Shown here piece after piece: positions 48,447 through 57,253 of a DNA stretch of 64,000 nucleotides. The stretch's first letter is position 1. Every line of letters begins with the position of its first letter. The notes beneath the pieces are model-generated. The model was not told the origin of the DNA. It was given only the letters and a program-made list of their open reading frames with translations, and searched no databases. A program made the translations under genes and the position numbers. This DNA is from an uncultured bacterium (GTDB taxonomy: Bacteria > Acidobacteriota > HRBIN11 > JAKEFK01). The stretch spans positions 32,001-96,000 of the forward strand of contig CAVZQN010000007.1 of NCBI GenBank assembly GCA_963777505.1, written 5' to 3'.

Positions 48447-48589
48447 TAAGCTTAGCGAGAATTGAGTGAGGATTGGAAGCACATGAAACGCAACATAAGT
48501 TGCTACTTGAAGAGACACAAGTTGCCTCTTTGAATAAACTCTCCTCTCACAAATTGATCTCTATCGCATGTTAGAATCTTAATCAGACA

Positions 48590-48715
48590 TGAAAGAATCA
48601 ACCTTCTGGCAAGCACTCGATGTGTATATCAAACTCTCCCCTGTTCTACAGGCAGACAAATTAATGAGCCATTGCTGTTGATTCATGGCGAGATTGATCA
48701 AAACGCCGGACCACG
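48590..48715 (+). pseudogene. Fragment of an S9 prolyl-oligopeptidase-family gene
   Basis: Translates with one frameshift to ESTFWQALDVYIKLSPVLQADK/NEPLLLIHGEIDQNAG, the S9 catalytic-Asp region, without the rest of the gene. Confidence 0.65.
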
Positions 48716-48821
48716 CAAGGCAACTCAATAAGCGTATTTTGGAATGTTTGACTCAGGTCAAAATGACTGATAACTTTCGGACTTCTAGCATTGAACCAAC
48801 TTCATATAAAGAAGGAGCAAA

Positions 48822-49280
48822 ATGAAAACAAAATCGATCGTACTGGCATTGACTTTGTGCATAGCAGCGGTATGTCTGGCAGCGGACATTCAAATGGGAA
48901 CATGGAAGCTGAACGAATCCAAGTCAAAGCTCGATCCTGGAATGGCTAAGCACAACACGATCGTCTATGCTGCTGAGGGCGACAATGTGAAAATCACCGT
49001 TGATGGCGTTGACAGCAAGGGTAATCCGATACATAACGAATGGACTGGCAAGTTCGATGAAAAAGATTACTCCGTCAGCGGAGATCCGAGTTCTGACACG
49101 CGGTCTTATAAAATAGTCAATGATCATACACTGACGATGATTGTGAAAAAGGGTGACAAAGTCATTGCACAAGGAATCATTACTGTGTCATCTGACGGCA
49201 AAACTCGAACCTTCACCCTGAGGCGAACTGACGCGATGGGAAAGGAGATTAGCAGTATCGCCACTTACGACAAACAGTAA
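48822..49280 (+). CDS. Exported lipocalin-like hypothetical protein
   Basis: Signal peptide; GTWKLNESKS, VSSDGKT.T, YDKQ. Confidence 0.8.
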   Translation: MKTKSIVLALTLCIAAVCLAADIQMGTWKLNESKSKLDPGMAKHNTIVYAAEGDNVKITVDGVDSKGNPIHNEWTGKFDEKDYSVSGDPSSDTRSYKIVNDHTLTMIVKKGDKVIAQGIITVSSDGKTRTFTLRRTDAMGKEISSIATYDKQ

Positions 49281-49344
49281 ACTGCTGCTGTTGAGCATCT
49301 TGGATGCGCAGGCCGTTCGCCAAAGTCGCCACACGCACTATATG

Positions 49345-50301
49345 TTACATTCCAGCGTCTGCCGCGCAACGAAAACCGTTGGTCGGGCGACGATCCAATT
49401 TTTCCATTCTTCGTCTGAATGTTGTCCGCATCTCAACCCATGAAGATTGATATGTTCCACCGCGAAGAATGCCGAATGTATCATCCGGTTTTTCAAGCTG
49501 GCCAGCTGGTGAATTGGGATAAGGATACCAGGAATCAGTAACCCACTCCCAAACATTTCCAGCAAGATCAAAAACGCCCATGGGACTCTTGTCTTCAGGA
49601 GCTGAACCGACCGGTCTTGCAACAAGTTCTCCTGAACTCCACTTGGATGCAACGGAAGCATCATTGCCCCACGGAAATCTTCGTCGATCATTCCCACGTG
49701 ACGCATATTCCCATTCCACTTCGGCGGGCAATCGTACTTTTCGCCACCTGCAATACGCAACCGCTTCATACCAGGAAACTCCTTCTACTGGATGATTCTC
49801 TTTTCCGGATGCAAAGGAACCATTTGCCCAGGTCGCCGGCCCGAACTTCCCTGTTGTATCTTTAAAAAGTCTGACTCGATCCATGCCTGTATAATCGGCA
49901 TTTAGATTGGGAGTCACAATCAACTCTTTCCAGAATTCCTTTCGTTCATAACCGCCATCGGAGATGAAGTCTTTATATTCTTGATTCGTTACTTCATACT
50001 TCGAGATTCTAAATGCTCGAACTTTTACCTTGTGATCCGGGCATTCCAAAAAGTACATCCGCGGACTGACGGTTGCATCAGGCGGGTAAAAATCTTTAAC
50101 AACTTGTTCGGCCTCTTCCGTTGAGAGCCCCATAACAAATTCACCTTCAGGAATTAATACAAGATCTTTGCTAATATCTTTTGCCATAATTTCCTCGCTT
50201 TTTATTTTCTGAATTTGTTTCGTCTGTGCTTCAGGATTTGATATACCATCCGAAATGATCCCTGTTGCACAAAAGAACACCAGAAAGATTTTCCACGGCA
50301 T
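49345..50301 (-). CDS. Formylglycine-generating enzyme (FGE-sulfatase/SUMF1) domain protein, probably exported
   Basis: IPEGEFVMG, YEVTNQEY, HPVEGVSWYEA, RLPAEVEWE, DLAGNVWEW, GFRC; hydrophobic N-terminus; starts 7 nt after the upstream gene's stop. Confidence 0.9.
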   Translation of the reverse strand: MPWKIFLVFFCATGIISDGISNPEAQTKQIQKIKSEEIMAKDISKDLVLIPEGEFVMGLSTEEAEQVVKDFYPPDATVSPRMYFLECPDHKVKVRAFRISKYEVTNQEYKDFISDGGYERKEFWKELIVTPNLNADYTGMDRVRLFKDTTGKFGPATWANGSFASGKENHPVEGVSWYEAVAYCRWRKVRLPAEVEWEYASRGNDRRRFPWGNDASVASKWSSGELVARPVGSAPEDKSPMGVFDLAGNVWEWVTDSWYPYPNSPAGQLEKPDDTFGILRGGTYQSSWVEMRTTFRRRMEKLDRRPTNGFRCAADAGM

Positions 50302-50308
50302 CCGATCA

Positions 50309-52447
50309 TTAATCCGGAACAATAACGCCCCGTACGTGTTTCTTATACTCTTCAACCGTCATGGATTGAATTCCATTGCGCGCATCGTCAGTTCGTACAT
50401 TAGGATTCGTTTGCGTAGTTCCATTCGGACCTACATCGGTTCCTATTCCGGCCTGATCTCCGCCCCACGGATTCCTGAAGTACACGCGTCCATCTCGGAC
50501 TTCAGTGACCTCCACGGCGTGTCCACCGCCCTGCCAGGCAAGACGTGTATGTACCGGACCTTTTCCGTTTGCGAGTTCCGATTTGGTTTTTTCAAGAATA
50601 TCTGTCTTGTCGTCGCGGAAATTCCATGAACCGTCATAGTGGGAATAATTTTTGTTGTGCAATCCTTCCATGACTCTTTCCTGTTCGTCATATACCAGAC
50701 CTGTTTGGCCATCATTGAATCGGCCAGGCTGAGGCAAGTTCGTATATCCCTTACCTGGGCGCGCATAATCCATCAATGCGGATTGCATAAGCCGTTCACT
50801 GTCGCTTCGAGTGCTGGTATCTTGAGCAAAAGCATCAGCTGGAGCCTGAATTGTCTTACCGTTTGCAAGTTTAGATTGTCCTGTTTGGGCAAGATCTGTT
50901 GCAATACGGGCATATTCCGCTGGATTCTTCGATGCCATCGTATGACTCATGCTGGTAACCGTACATGTGTCTCGGTTGGACTGATCTATATAATGATTCG
51001 GATCGCTAACTTCATTCAGCAGGTTCTCAGTGAAACGTTCCTTCGTTGTTCCCGTCATGCGGGTATCGAGAGGATTCATCGCAGCACGATCCAATTGCTC
51101 TAGCAGCGTTCCTGTATTTCCGTACCCACGGCTGGTCAATGCAGGTTGTCCATTAACATCGCGGCTCATGAGGTTCTGTAGAGCGTCTCGACCGCGCGGA
51201 GATGTATTCTCAAAAACATTCAGCATGCGCTTCTGATCTTGAGTTGATAATCCCGCAAAGCGATCATGCTTGATCATGCGATCTAGACTCTGCAAATATG
51301 CCGGGTTCGCTTTGTCCGAAGCTGCCATGTTAAGCACTTGTGTTTTATTCGCATCATCCATGCCGCGGAAATTTGGACTTCCTGAGATATCGCGAAGACT
51401 TTGCGTGTAAGCTGCATCCTCCGGCTTCTTGGCTTGTGCCTTCAAAAGTTGATCTTGATGTGTGCGTGAAAGCTGACCGAAATTAGGATCGGTTGCAAGC
51501 TTACTCAAATTGTCTTTTGCAGCTTGATTTCCATGATGTTTTTCTAATTGTTCAAGAGTTTGCTTTTGAGTATCTGCATTCAGCTTTTTAAAGTTCGCAT
51601 CATTTTCAAGGTTGGCGCGGTCTTTTACTGTGTCTTTTACAGCCTGGGTATGAGTAGCATCCGTTGGATTGGTTTGCAAACGATCCAATGCGGCTTTTTG
51701 CCCTTCAGGAGAAAGCTTTGCGAAGTTAGGATCAGTCGCGACTCCAACTAAATTTGTGCGTGATGCCTGATTTTCCGGTGCGTCCGGTTTACCGGCTTTT
51801 TGTTCGCTGTATTTGCCCATCTGATCCCGGATTTGCTGTTGTGTTTCCGGTTTCAGAGTTTTGAAGTTCGGGTCCGATTCAAGCTTTAAACGGTCTTGCG
51901 TTCTCGCACCCGCATCTCCATCTGCAGTAAGTCCATTTTCCTTTTGAAATTCTTTTACTGCGCCTTTCGTTTCATTACCATATTTACCATCAACTCCGAT
52001 CTGAGCTTTGCCTTGCCCGGCACGAACATCGTTTAACTGATTTTGAAGATTTTCAACTTCCGGACCTTTACTTCCTTCTTTTAATAATTTCGGAGCCGCT
52101 GGGGCAGTGGAAGTTGTAGCTCCCGTACCCGTACCAGTTGTTGGAGGCGGTGTTGAACCGGTTACAGGAGGTCCACCAGAAGGAGGCGTACCCGTGCCTG
52201 TCACAGTCGGTGGAGCCGCTTGTGATTCAATTTGTGCCTGACGCGCTTGTCCTTCGATCGTATGTTCGGCAACTCGTGCTGATCGGCCCTCCGCGGTCAT
52301 CGGTTTCGAAGTTTGCGTTGTTTGTGCCTGACTTTCAGGCGTGGATGTTTGTTTTACACTTTCCTCTTTTGCAACTGGTGTCGTACTTTCGGTCGCAGCA
52401 GGAGCAGGCTGCGGACTCGTTGACCGTGGACCAACTTTATCAACCAT
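50309..52447 (-). CDS. Putative secreted effector: disordered N-terminus + peptidoglycan-binding domain + helical repeats + papain-fold Cys-His-Asn domain
   Basis: LLKEGSKGPEV..LQ..DGKYG..T..AV..FQ..GL.ADG (PG_binding_1); six (D/S)PNF..L-like repeats; IDQSNRDTC, GGHAV, FRNPWG; no signal peptide. Confidence 0.8.
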   Translation of the reverse strand: MVDKVGPRSTSPQPAPAATESTTPVAKEESVKQTSTPESQAQTTQTSKPMTAEGRSARVAEHTIEGQARQAQIESQAAPPTVTGTGTPPSGGPPVTGSTPPPTTGTGTGATTSTAPAAPKLLKEGSKGPEVENLQNQLNDVRAGQGKAQIGVDGKYGNETKGAVKEFQKENGLTADGDAGARTQDRLKLESDPNFKTLKPETQQQIRDQMGKYSEQKAGKPDAPENQASRTNLVGVATDPNFAKLSPEGQKAALDRLQTNPTDATHTQAVKDTVKDRANLENDANFKKLNADTQKQTLEQLEKHHGNQAAKDNLSKLATDPNFGQLSRTHQDQLLKAQAKKPEDAAYTQSLRDISGSPNFRGMDDANKTQVLNMAASDKANPAYLQSLDRMIKHDRFAGLSTQDQKRMLNVFENTSPRGRDALQNLMSRDVNGQPALTSRGYGNTGTLLEQLDRAAMNPLDTRMTGTTKERFTENLLNEVSDPNHYIDQSNRDTCTVTSMSHTMASKNPAEYARIATDLAQTGQSKLANGKTIQAPADAFAQDTSTRSDSERLMQSALMDYARPGKGYTNLPQPGRFNDGQTGLVYDEQERVMEGLHNKNYSHYDGSWNFRDDKTDILEKTKSELANGKGPVHTRLAWQGGGHAVEVTEVRDGRVYFRNPWGGDQAGIGTDVGPNGTTQTNPNVRTDDARNGIQSMTVEEYKKHVRGVIVPD

Positions 52448-52501
52448 AATTCCTCCTAATATTAAGATCTTATCGATAAACGAAAACTATCGGCTATTGA
52501 G

Positions 52502-52528
52502 TTATCGACAAATTGATTGCGCGAGTTG
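52502..52528 (-). promoter_or_regulatory. FliA/sigma28-like promoter
   Basis: Minus strand CAAC-N15-GTCGATAA (sigma28 consensus TAAA-N15-GCCGATAA), 54 nt upstream of the ATG at 52447. Confidence 0.5.
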
Positions 52529-52632
52529 TGTCGCTGGCTATTTGCGGATGTTCTTTGTTTCTACCTTCTTGTTATATCACGGAAGATAAGGAAATGTTCA
52601 GGTAATCTTTACGCGTTTCACGTCATGAAATG

Positions 52633-52653
52633 TAGTTTCACAATGTGAAACTA
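52633..52653. promoter_or_regulatory. Perfect palindrome, candidate transcription-factor site in a divergent promoter
   Basis: TAGTTTCACA-A-TGTGAAACTA. Confidence 0.55.
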
Positions 52654-52681
52654 TCGTACAAATCGTGCTGCCGCGCGTTGG

Positions 52682-52707
52682 GGAATTTTTCTGCCAATTG
52701 TGCGTTA
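52682..52707 (+). promoter_or_regulatory. Copy 2 of shared bipartite promoter-like motif
   Basis: GGAATTT-N11-GTGCGTTA, 20 nt before the ATG at 52728, GGAGGA RBS between. Confidence 0.6.
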
Positions 52708-52727
52708 TCAGTAGGAGGAATACCTTA

Positions 52728-53327
52728 ATGGCAGCGGAAATAATTCGGACGCCGGAAACAAAGCGGGCTCTACCTCCCAATATTCAGACCGTTGCCTCGG
52801 GAATTTCTTCGGCCGCGAAATCACAACCGAAAGAATTAATCGATCATGCCATCCAGTCCTTTAAGTCGATTCAGGAAAAGCAGCTTGGAACTGATGAGTT
52901 GTTTAGATTGCTTGGAGATACATCTGCCCAAGCTGCAGGCCATGTAGACCATCCATTAAAGTATTTCACGTACGAATCCGGAATACGAAAACATCCAGAT
53001 CATAATTCGATTGTCTCAATGAATGATGTGCTTTCACGTCTTCGCAATCAAAGTCTGCATTTTCATCAAGGAATTTCTTCCTTTTTGAGATCAGGTGTTC
53101 AGGAATCTCTTGCGAGTCTGAAAATTAGCAGCAATCCAGGCCTGACTCATCCGCCTGTTCCAACGTCACTGGATGAACTGATTTCAACTGAAAAGTTGAG
53201 AAATCCTGATCGTGATGGATTACAAGTATCGTTGCAAATTATGAATGAAATGTTTTCGACGCTTAAAAGCCTGCAAAGCGACGTCACCGATTTGCGTGTA
53301 AACATGATGCGTTCCATTCGAGCATAG
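52728..53327 (+). CDS. Hypothetical 199-aa helical protein with T3SS needle/filament/translocator-like C-terminal helix
   Basis: Strong RBS, no signal peptide; ends LQIMNEMFSTLKSLQSDVTDLRVNMMRSIRA; directly upstream of a SycD-like chaperone. The functional call is an inference. Confidence 0.6.
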   Translation: MAAEIIRTPETKRALPPNIQTVASGISSAAKSQPKELIDHAIQSFKSIQEKQLGTDELFRLLGDTSAQAAGHVDHPLKYFTYESGIRKHPDHNSIVSMNDVLSRLRNQSLHFHQGISSFLRSGVQESLASLKISSNPGLTHPPVPTSLDELISTEKLRNPDRDGLQVSLQIMNEMFSTLKSLQSDVTDLRVNMMRSIRA

Positions 53328-53336
53328 AGGTTAAGA

Positions 53337-53810
53337 ATGCCAGGAATCAATAAAGTCAAATTCGAACAATTTCGAAACGGGGAAATCAAGTTCACTCAAG
53401 TTTTGAATCTTGACGCGAACCAGGTCGCTTCCCTTTTGCTTTGCGGGCATAATTTTTTTTCTCATGGCCGCATGGAGGAAGCCAAAAAGATCTTTGAGGG
53501 ATTATCTCTTTTGGATCCTAATATTCCATATGTTCACTGCATTCTGGGAGCTATTTATCAACACCTGGAAAAATATGATGCAGCAATCCTTCGATATAGC
53601 CGCGCGATAGAACTTTTTCCACAGGATATCCTCTCCTTAACAAATCGAGCCGAAATTTATCTGAACCAGGGAAAGTTCCAGGAAGCGGCACAGGATTTAA
53701 GAAAAGCAATTGAACTGGACCCGGAAAACAACAATCCTTCAGCGAAACGTGCCCGATTATTAGCTGCCATCACGGCAGAAGCATTGCTGTCAGCAAAAGG
53801 AAAACGATAG
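53337..53810 (+). CDS. TPR protein resembling SycD/LcrH (class II T3SS translocator chaperone)
   Basis: 157 aa, three TPRs; N-terminal FRNGEIKFTQVLNLD..GHNFFSHGRMEEAKKIFEGLSLLDP matches the LcrH-type layout. Confidence 0.72.
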   Translation: MPGINKVKFEQFRNGEIKFTQVLNLDANQVASLLLCGHNFFSHGRMEEAKKIFEGLSLLDPNIPYVHCILGAIYQHLEKYDAAILRYSRAIELFPQDILSLTNRAEIYLNQGKFQEAAQDLRKAIELDPENNNPSAKRARLLAAITAEALLSAKGKR

Positions 53811-53864
53811 TATATTTGCGGATAACATTTATGAGGGGTCTTAGACCGCTCATCATACATTGCG

Positions 53865-56800
53865 ATGTCTTCCGAGAATTGGAATCGGATTAATGAACTG
53901 TTTTATGCAGCTCTGGACCGCCCTCCAGAGTTGCGCGCTGCCTTTCTGAAAGATGCATGCGGTTCGGATTCAACACTTCAGCAAGAAGTAGAATCGCTGC
54001 TTGCTGCGTATACTGACTCAGAGAACTTCATTCAATCCCCTGCCAGTAAAAATGCTCTTGAGTTTTTGCAACATCAGGATGTACAGCTAGCTACCGGCGA
54101 TCGGGTTGGCGCATATAATATCGTTCGCGAAATTGGACGCGGTGGAATGGGTGCCGTTTATCTTGGAGCACGCGCCGATGAACGATTCCAAAAATCAGTT
54201 GCAATCAAACTCATAAAGCGCGGAAGAGACACGGATGATGTCTTAAGGCACTTCCGTAATGAGCAACAAATTCTTGCAAACTTTGATCATCCAAACATTG
54301 CCCGTTTAATTGATGCAGGCAGTACCGAAAACGGCCTTCCGTATTTCATTATGGAACACGTTGAAGGTCAGCCGATCGATCAATTTTGCGATGGGCGATC
54401 GCTTTCAATTACGCAGCGTTTAGAGTTATTTCAGCAAGTGTGTGCTGCGGTATCCTATGCGCATCGCAATCTCGTTGTTCATCGGGATATCAAGCCATCC
54501 AATATCCTGGTGAATTCAGCTGGCGTTCCAAAATTACTCGATTTTGGTATCGCCAAAATCCTGCAGTCCGAAACAGGCGAGCGATCCACCGCAACCGGCA
54601 TCCATTTTATGACGCCCGAATATGCGAGTCCCGAGCAAGCGCAAGGAATGCCGGTAACAACTCTGAGTGATGTCTATTCATTGGGCGTTTTGTTGTACGA
54701 ACTTTTAACCGGTCACTCACCTTACCCTTTGGAAAATCGTTCGGCATTAGAGGTTATGCGGACGATTACGGAGACCCAGCCACAATTACCTAGCGCGATC
54801 ATCAATTCAATTAATCCTGAGTCTGTCAGTAAGACTCGCGAAGGCAGTCCGGAAAAGTTGCGCAGGCGATTGCGTGGAGATTTGGACACTATTGTTTTGA
54901 TGGCGATGCGGAAAGAACCTCAACGGCGTTATCAATCCGTTGATCAACTTTCAGAAGACATTCGGCGACACTTGCAAGAGCTTCCGATCACAGCACGCAA
55001 GGATACATTCGCTTACCGAACCGCAAGATTCGTACTCCGAAACAGAGTCACCGTTGCGATTACTATACTGTCCCTTTTAACAATCGCCTTATTCGGTGCT
55101 GTCATGCAATGGAGATCAAACAAGCAAGCGAAGTTGTTTCAGGAATTCGGACAGGAGGTCAGCCGGATCGAAGCGTCCATGCGTTATGTCTACCTTCTTC
55201 CTTTGCATAATATTCAGCGCGATAAACAGAAAGTCGTAAATCGGCTGAACTCCATGAAGAAAAGGATGCAAGAGATGGGCGGCGTTGCTTACGGACCTGG
55301 CTATTATTCGATCGGAAGAGGCTATCTTTCACTTCATCGATTTCAAGATGCCCACGACAACCTGATTCTTGCATGGCAAAAATATCAGTATCAAGAACCG
55401 GCCGCAGCAAATGCACTGGGTTTATCTCTCGCAATGCTCTATCAGGAAAAGCTTCGTGAAGCAGAACAGTTATATAACAAGGAACAATTGAACCGGCGGA
55501 AAAAAGAACTCGAAGAACTGTATGGCGTACCTGCGCAACAATACATTCAAAAAGGATCGAACGCCTCCGAAGCTCCTGAATATGTGCAAGCACTGTTGGC
55601 ATTTCTTGCAAAACAGTATCCTGAAGCGCTAGATAAAGCGCGCGCTGCAGAACAAGAAATTTCCTGGCATTACGAATCGCAAAAACTTCAAGGTGACATT
55701 TTTGCCGCGATGGGCAATGAACAAAGCAGTGTAGGAAAGAATCCTGATGCTTTAGCATTATATGAGAAAGCAAAGGCGGCATATCTAGAAGCAGCAAAGA
55801 AAGGACAAAGCGATCCACAGATCTATGATGCGTTGTGTTCAGTTCACGCTTCAATTCAAGAAATGCTGGTTCAACAAAAAGGAAGTTCGCCCGAGTCAGT
55901 TTTCACGGAAGGGGTGACCTTTTGTGAGAAAGCAATCATGGCAGATTCAAAGGATATCAATGCAAATCTCATTGCTTCCAAAATTTATCTCGGTTGGGCT
56001 TTTTATCAAAATGAACTGGGAATAGACTCATCGCAAATGTTCGACAAATCTGCGGACTTCGCACGCGAAGCGCTTAAGATCGACCCCGAAAGTGGCCTGG
56101 CTCATCTTGCACTTGGCAATACTCTCAGCAACAACGCAAATTTTGATCTTATTCAAGGGAAAGATCCATCTCCATTTCTAGATCTTGCTGAGCCCAGTCT
56201 TATAAAGGCAAGCAAAAAAATGCCTGAAGACCATGAGCTGTTATCAGTTATGGCCAACAATTCTTTGAAGCGCGGTCAATATGAATTCGAAAAAGGAAAA
56301 AATCCACATCAGAGATTCCAAACAACGATCGATCTATTAAAAAAAGCAATTCAGCTTAGTCCTGACAATTCTAGATACTTTGCCATGCTTGGGGCGGCTT
56401 ATTGTCGGAAAGCTAACAATGAGGATTACACTGGGTTAGATCCTCGTGCATCATTGGAAGAGTCGATTCAGCACTCCAAGCGAAGTTTTACGATCAACCC
56501 AAATTATTTAGCCCCATATGTATGGAGTGGACTTGCTTATATGGGATTGGCAAGCTATGAAATCGAGAGGGGCGAGAATCCGAATCAAGCACTTGATGAA
56601 GCCCTGAAGGCATACAACCAATGTATAGCATTACATCCTGGACAATCGTATGCTCACGCAGGTGTTGGTATCGCACTATGGAAGAGAGCGCATGTTTTAC
56701 AGAAAGAAGGAAAGGATCCGACGGCCGATCTGAATAAGTCTCGTGAGGCATTCAAAAAAGCATTGCAGTTAGACAAACAGACAGTCATTACGTATGCATT

Positions 56801-57245
56801 TTTTGCTGAAGTGGGACTTGTTGCAGCACGCGATGCTATATCGAAAAGAAAGTCTCCACAGCCTTTTTTTAACGAATCAGAAGAAATTGTGCGTGCTTGT
56901 TTATCAATCAATCTGGATTCGAATGAATGTCTGGAATCTTTGACTGCTCTCCATTTGTTGCGCGCAGAATATCGTGTTTCCTTGGGAAAATCTCCGGAAA
57001 GCGAAATTCGCATTGGGCTTAGCACCGCCGAGAAAGCTCTCAAAGAGAATCCAAGAAATGCTCTCGAAACGGCATATCGCGGACAATTATTCTTAATACG
57101 CGCTCAATCCTCAACCGGAGAAACACGTCAAAAAGCTGCACGAAAAGCTGCTGAGTCTTTCGATCAGTCATTCAAGATGAAGAGTATTCTCCGCAGGGAG
57201 TACGGGAAAAATTGGGAAGAATCAAAACAACTTGCTAAGAATTAG
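53865..57245 (+). CDS. Membrane Hanks-type Ser/Thr kinase with large C-terminal TPR region (copy 1)
   Basis: GRGGMG, HRDIKPSN, DFGIAK, TPEYASPEQ, LRGDLDTIV; single TM helix; N-terminal W.RI.ELF..AL..P..R..FL..ACG extension typical of ECF-linked kinases. Confidence 0.95.
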   Translation: MSSENWNRINELFYAALDRPPELRAAFLKDACGSDSTLQQEVESLLAAYTDSENFIQSPASKNALEFLQHQDVQLATGDRVGAYNIVREIGRGGMGAVYLGARADERFQKSVAIKLIKRGRDTDDVLRHFRNEQQILANFDHPNIARLIDAGSTENGLPYFIMEHVEGQPIDQFCDGRSLSITQRLELFQQVCAAVSYAHRNLVVHRDIKPSNILVNSAGVPKLLDFGIAKILQSETGERSTATGIHFMTPEYASPEQAQGMPVTTLSDVYSLGVLLYELLTGHSPYPLENRSALEVMRTITETQPQLPSAIINSINPESVSKTREGSPEKLRRRLRGDLDTIVLMAMRKEPQRRYQSVDQLSEDIRRHLQELPITARKDTFAYRTARFVLRNRVTVAITILSLLTIALFGAVMQWRSNKQAKLFQEFGQEVSRIEASMRYVYLLPLHNIQRDKQKVVNRLNSMKKRMQEMGGVAYGPGYYSIGRGYLSLHRFQDAHDNLILAWQKYQYQEPAAANALGLSLAMLYQEKLREAEQLYNKEQLNRRKKELEELYGVPAQQYIQKGSNASEAPEYVQALLAFLAKQYPEALDKARAAEQEISWHYESQKLQGDIFAAMGNEQSSVGKNPDALALYEKAKAAYLEAAKKGQSDPQIYDALCSVHASIQEMLVQQKGSSPESVFTEGVTFCEKAIMADSKDINANLIASKIYLGWAFYQNELGIDSSQMFDKSADFAREALKIDPESGLAHLALGNTLSNNANFDLIQGKDPSPFLDLAEPSLIKASKKMPEDHELLSVMANNSLKRGQYEFEKGKNPHQRFQTTIDLLKKAIQLSPDNSRYFAMLGAAYCRKANNEDYTGLDPRASLEESIQHSKRSFTINPNYLAPYVWSGLAYMGLASYEIERGENPNQALDEALKAYNQCIALHPGQSYAHAGVGIALWKRAHVLQKEGKDPTADLNKSREAFKKALQLDKQTVITYAFFAEVGLVAARDAISKRKSPQPFFNESEEIVRACLSINLDSNECLESLTALHLLRAEYRVSLGKSPESEIRIGLSTAEKALKENPRNALETAYRGQLFLIRAQSSTGETRQKAARKAAESFDQSFKMKSILRREYGKNWEESKQLAKN

Positions 57246-57253
57246 AGCTGCAA

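Noticed and set aside
49345-50301. Diversity-generating retroelement target (FGE/C-lectin fold)
   Set aside because: I found no reverse transcriptase, no avd gene and no template repeat differing at adenines in the window; a remote DGR cannot be excluded
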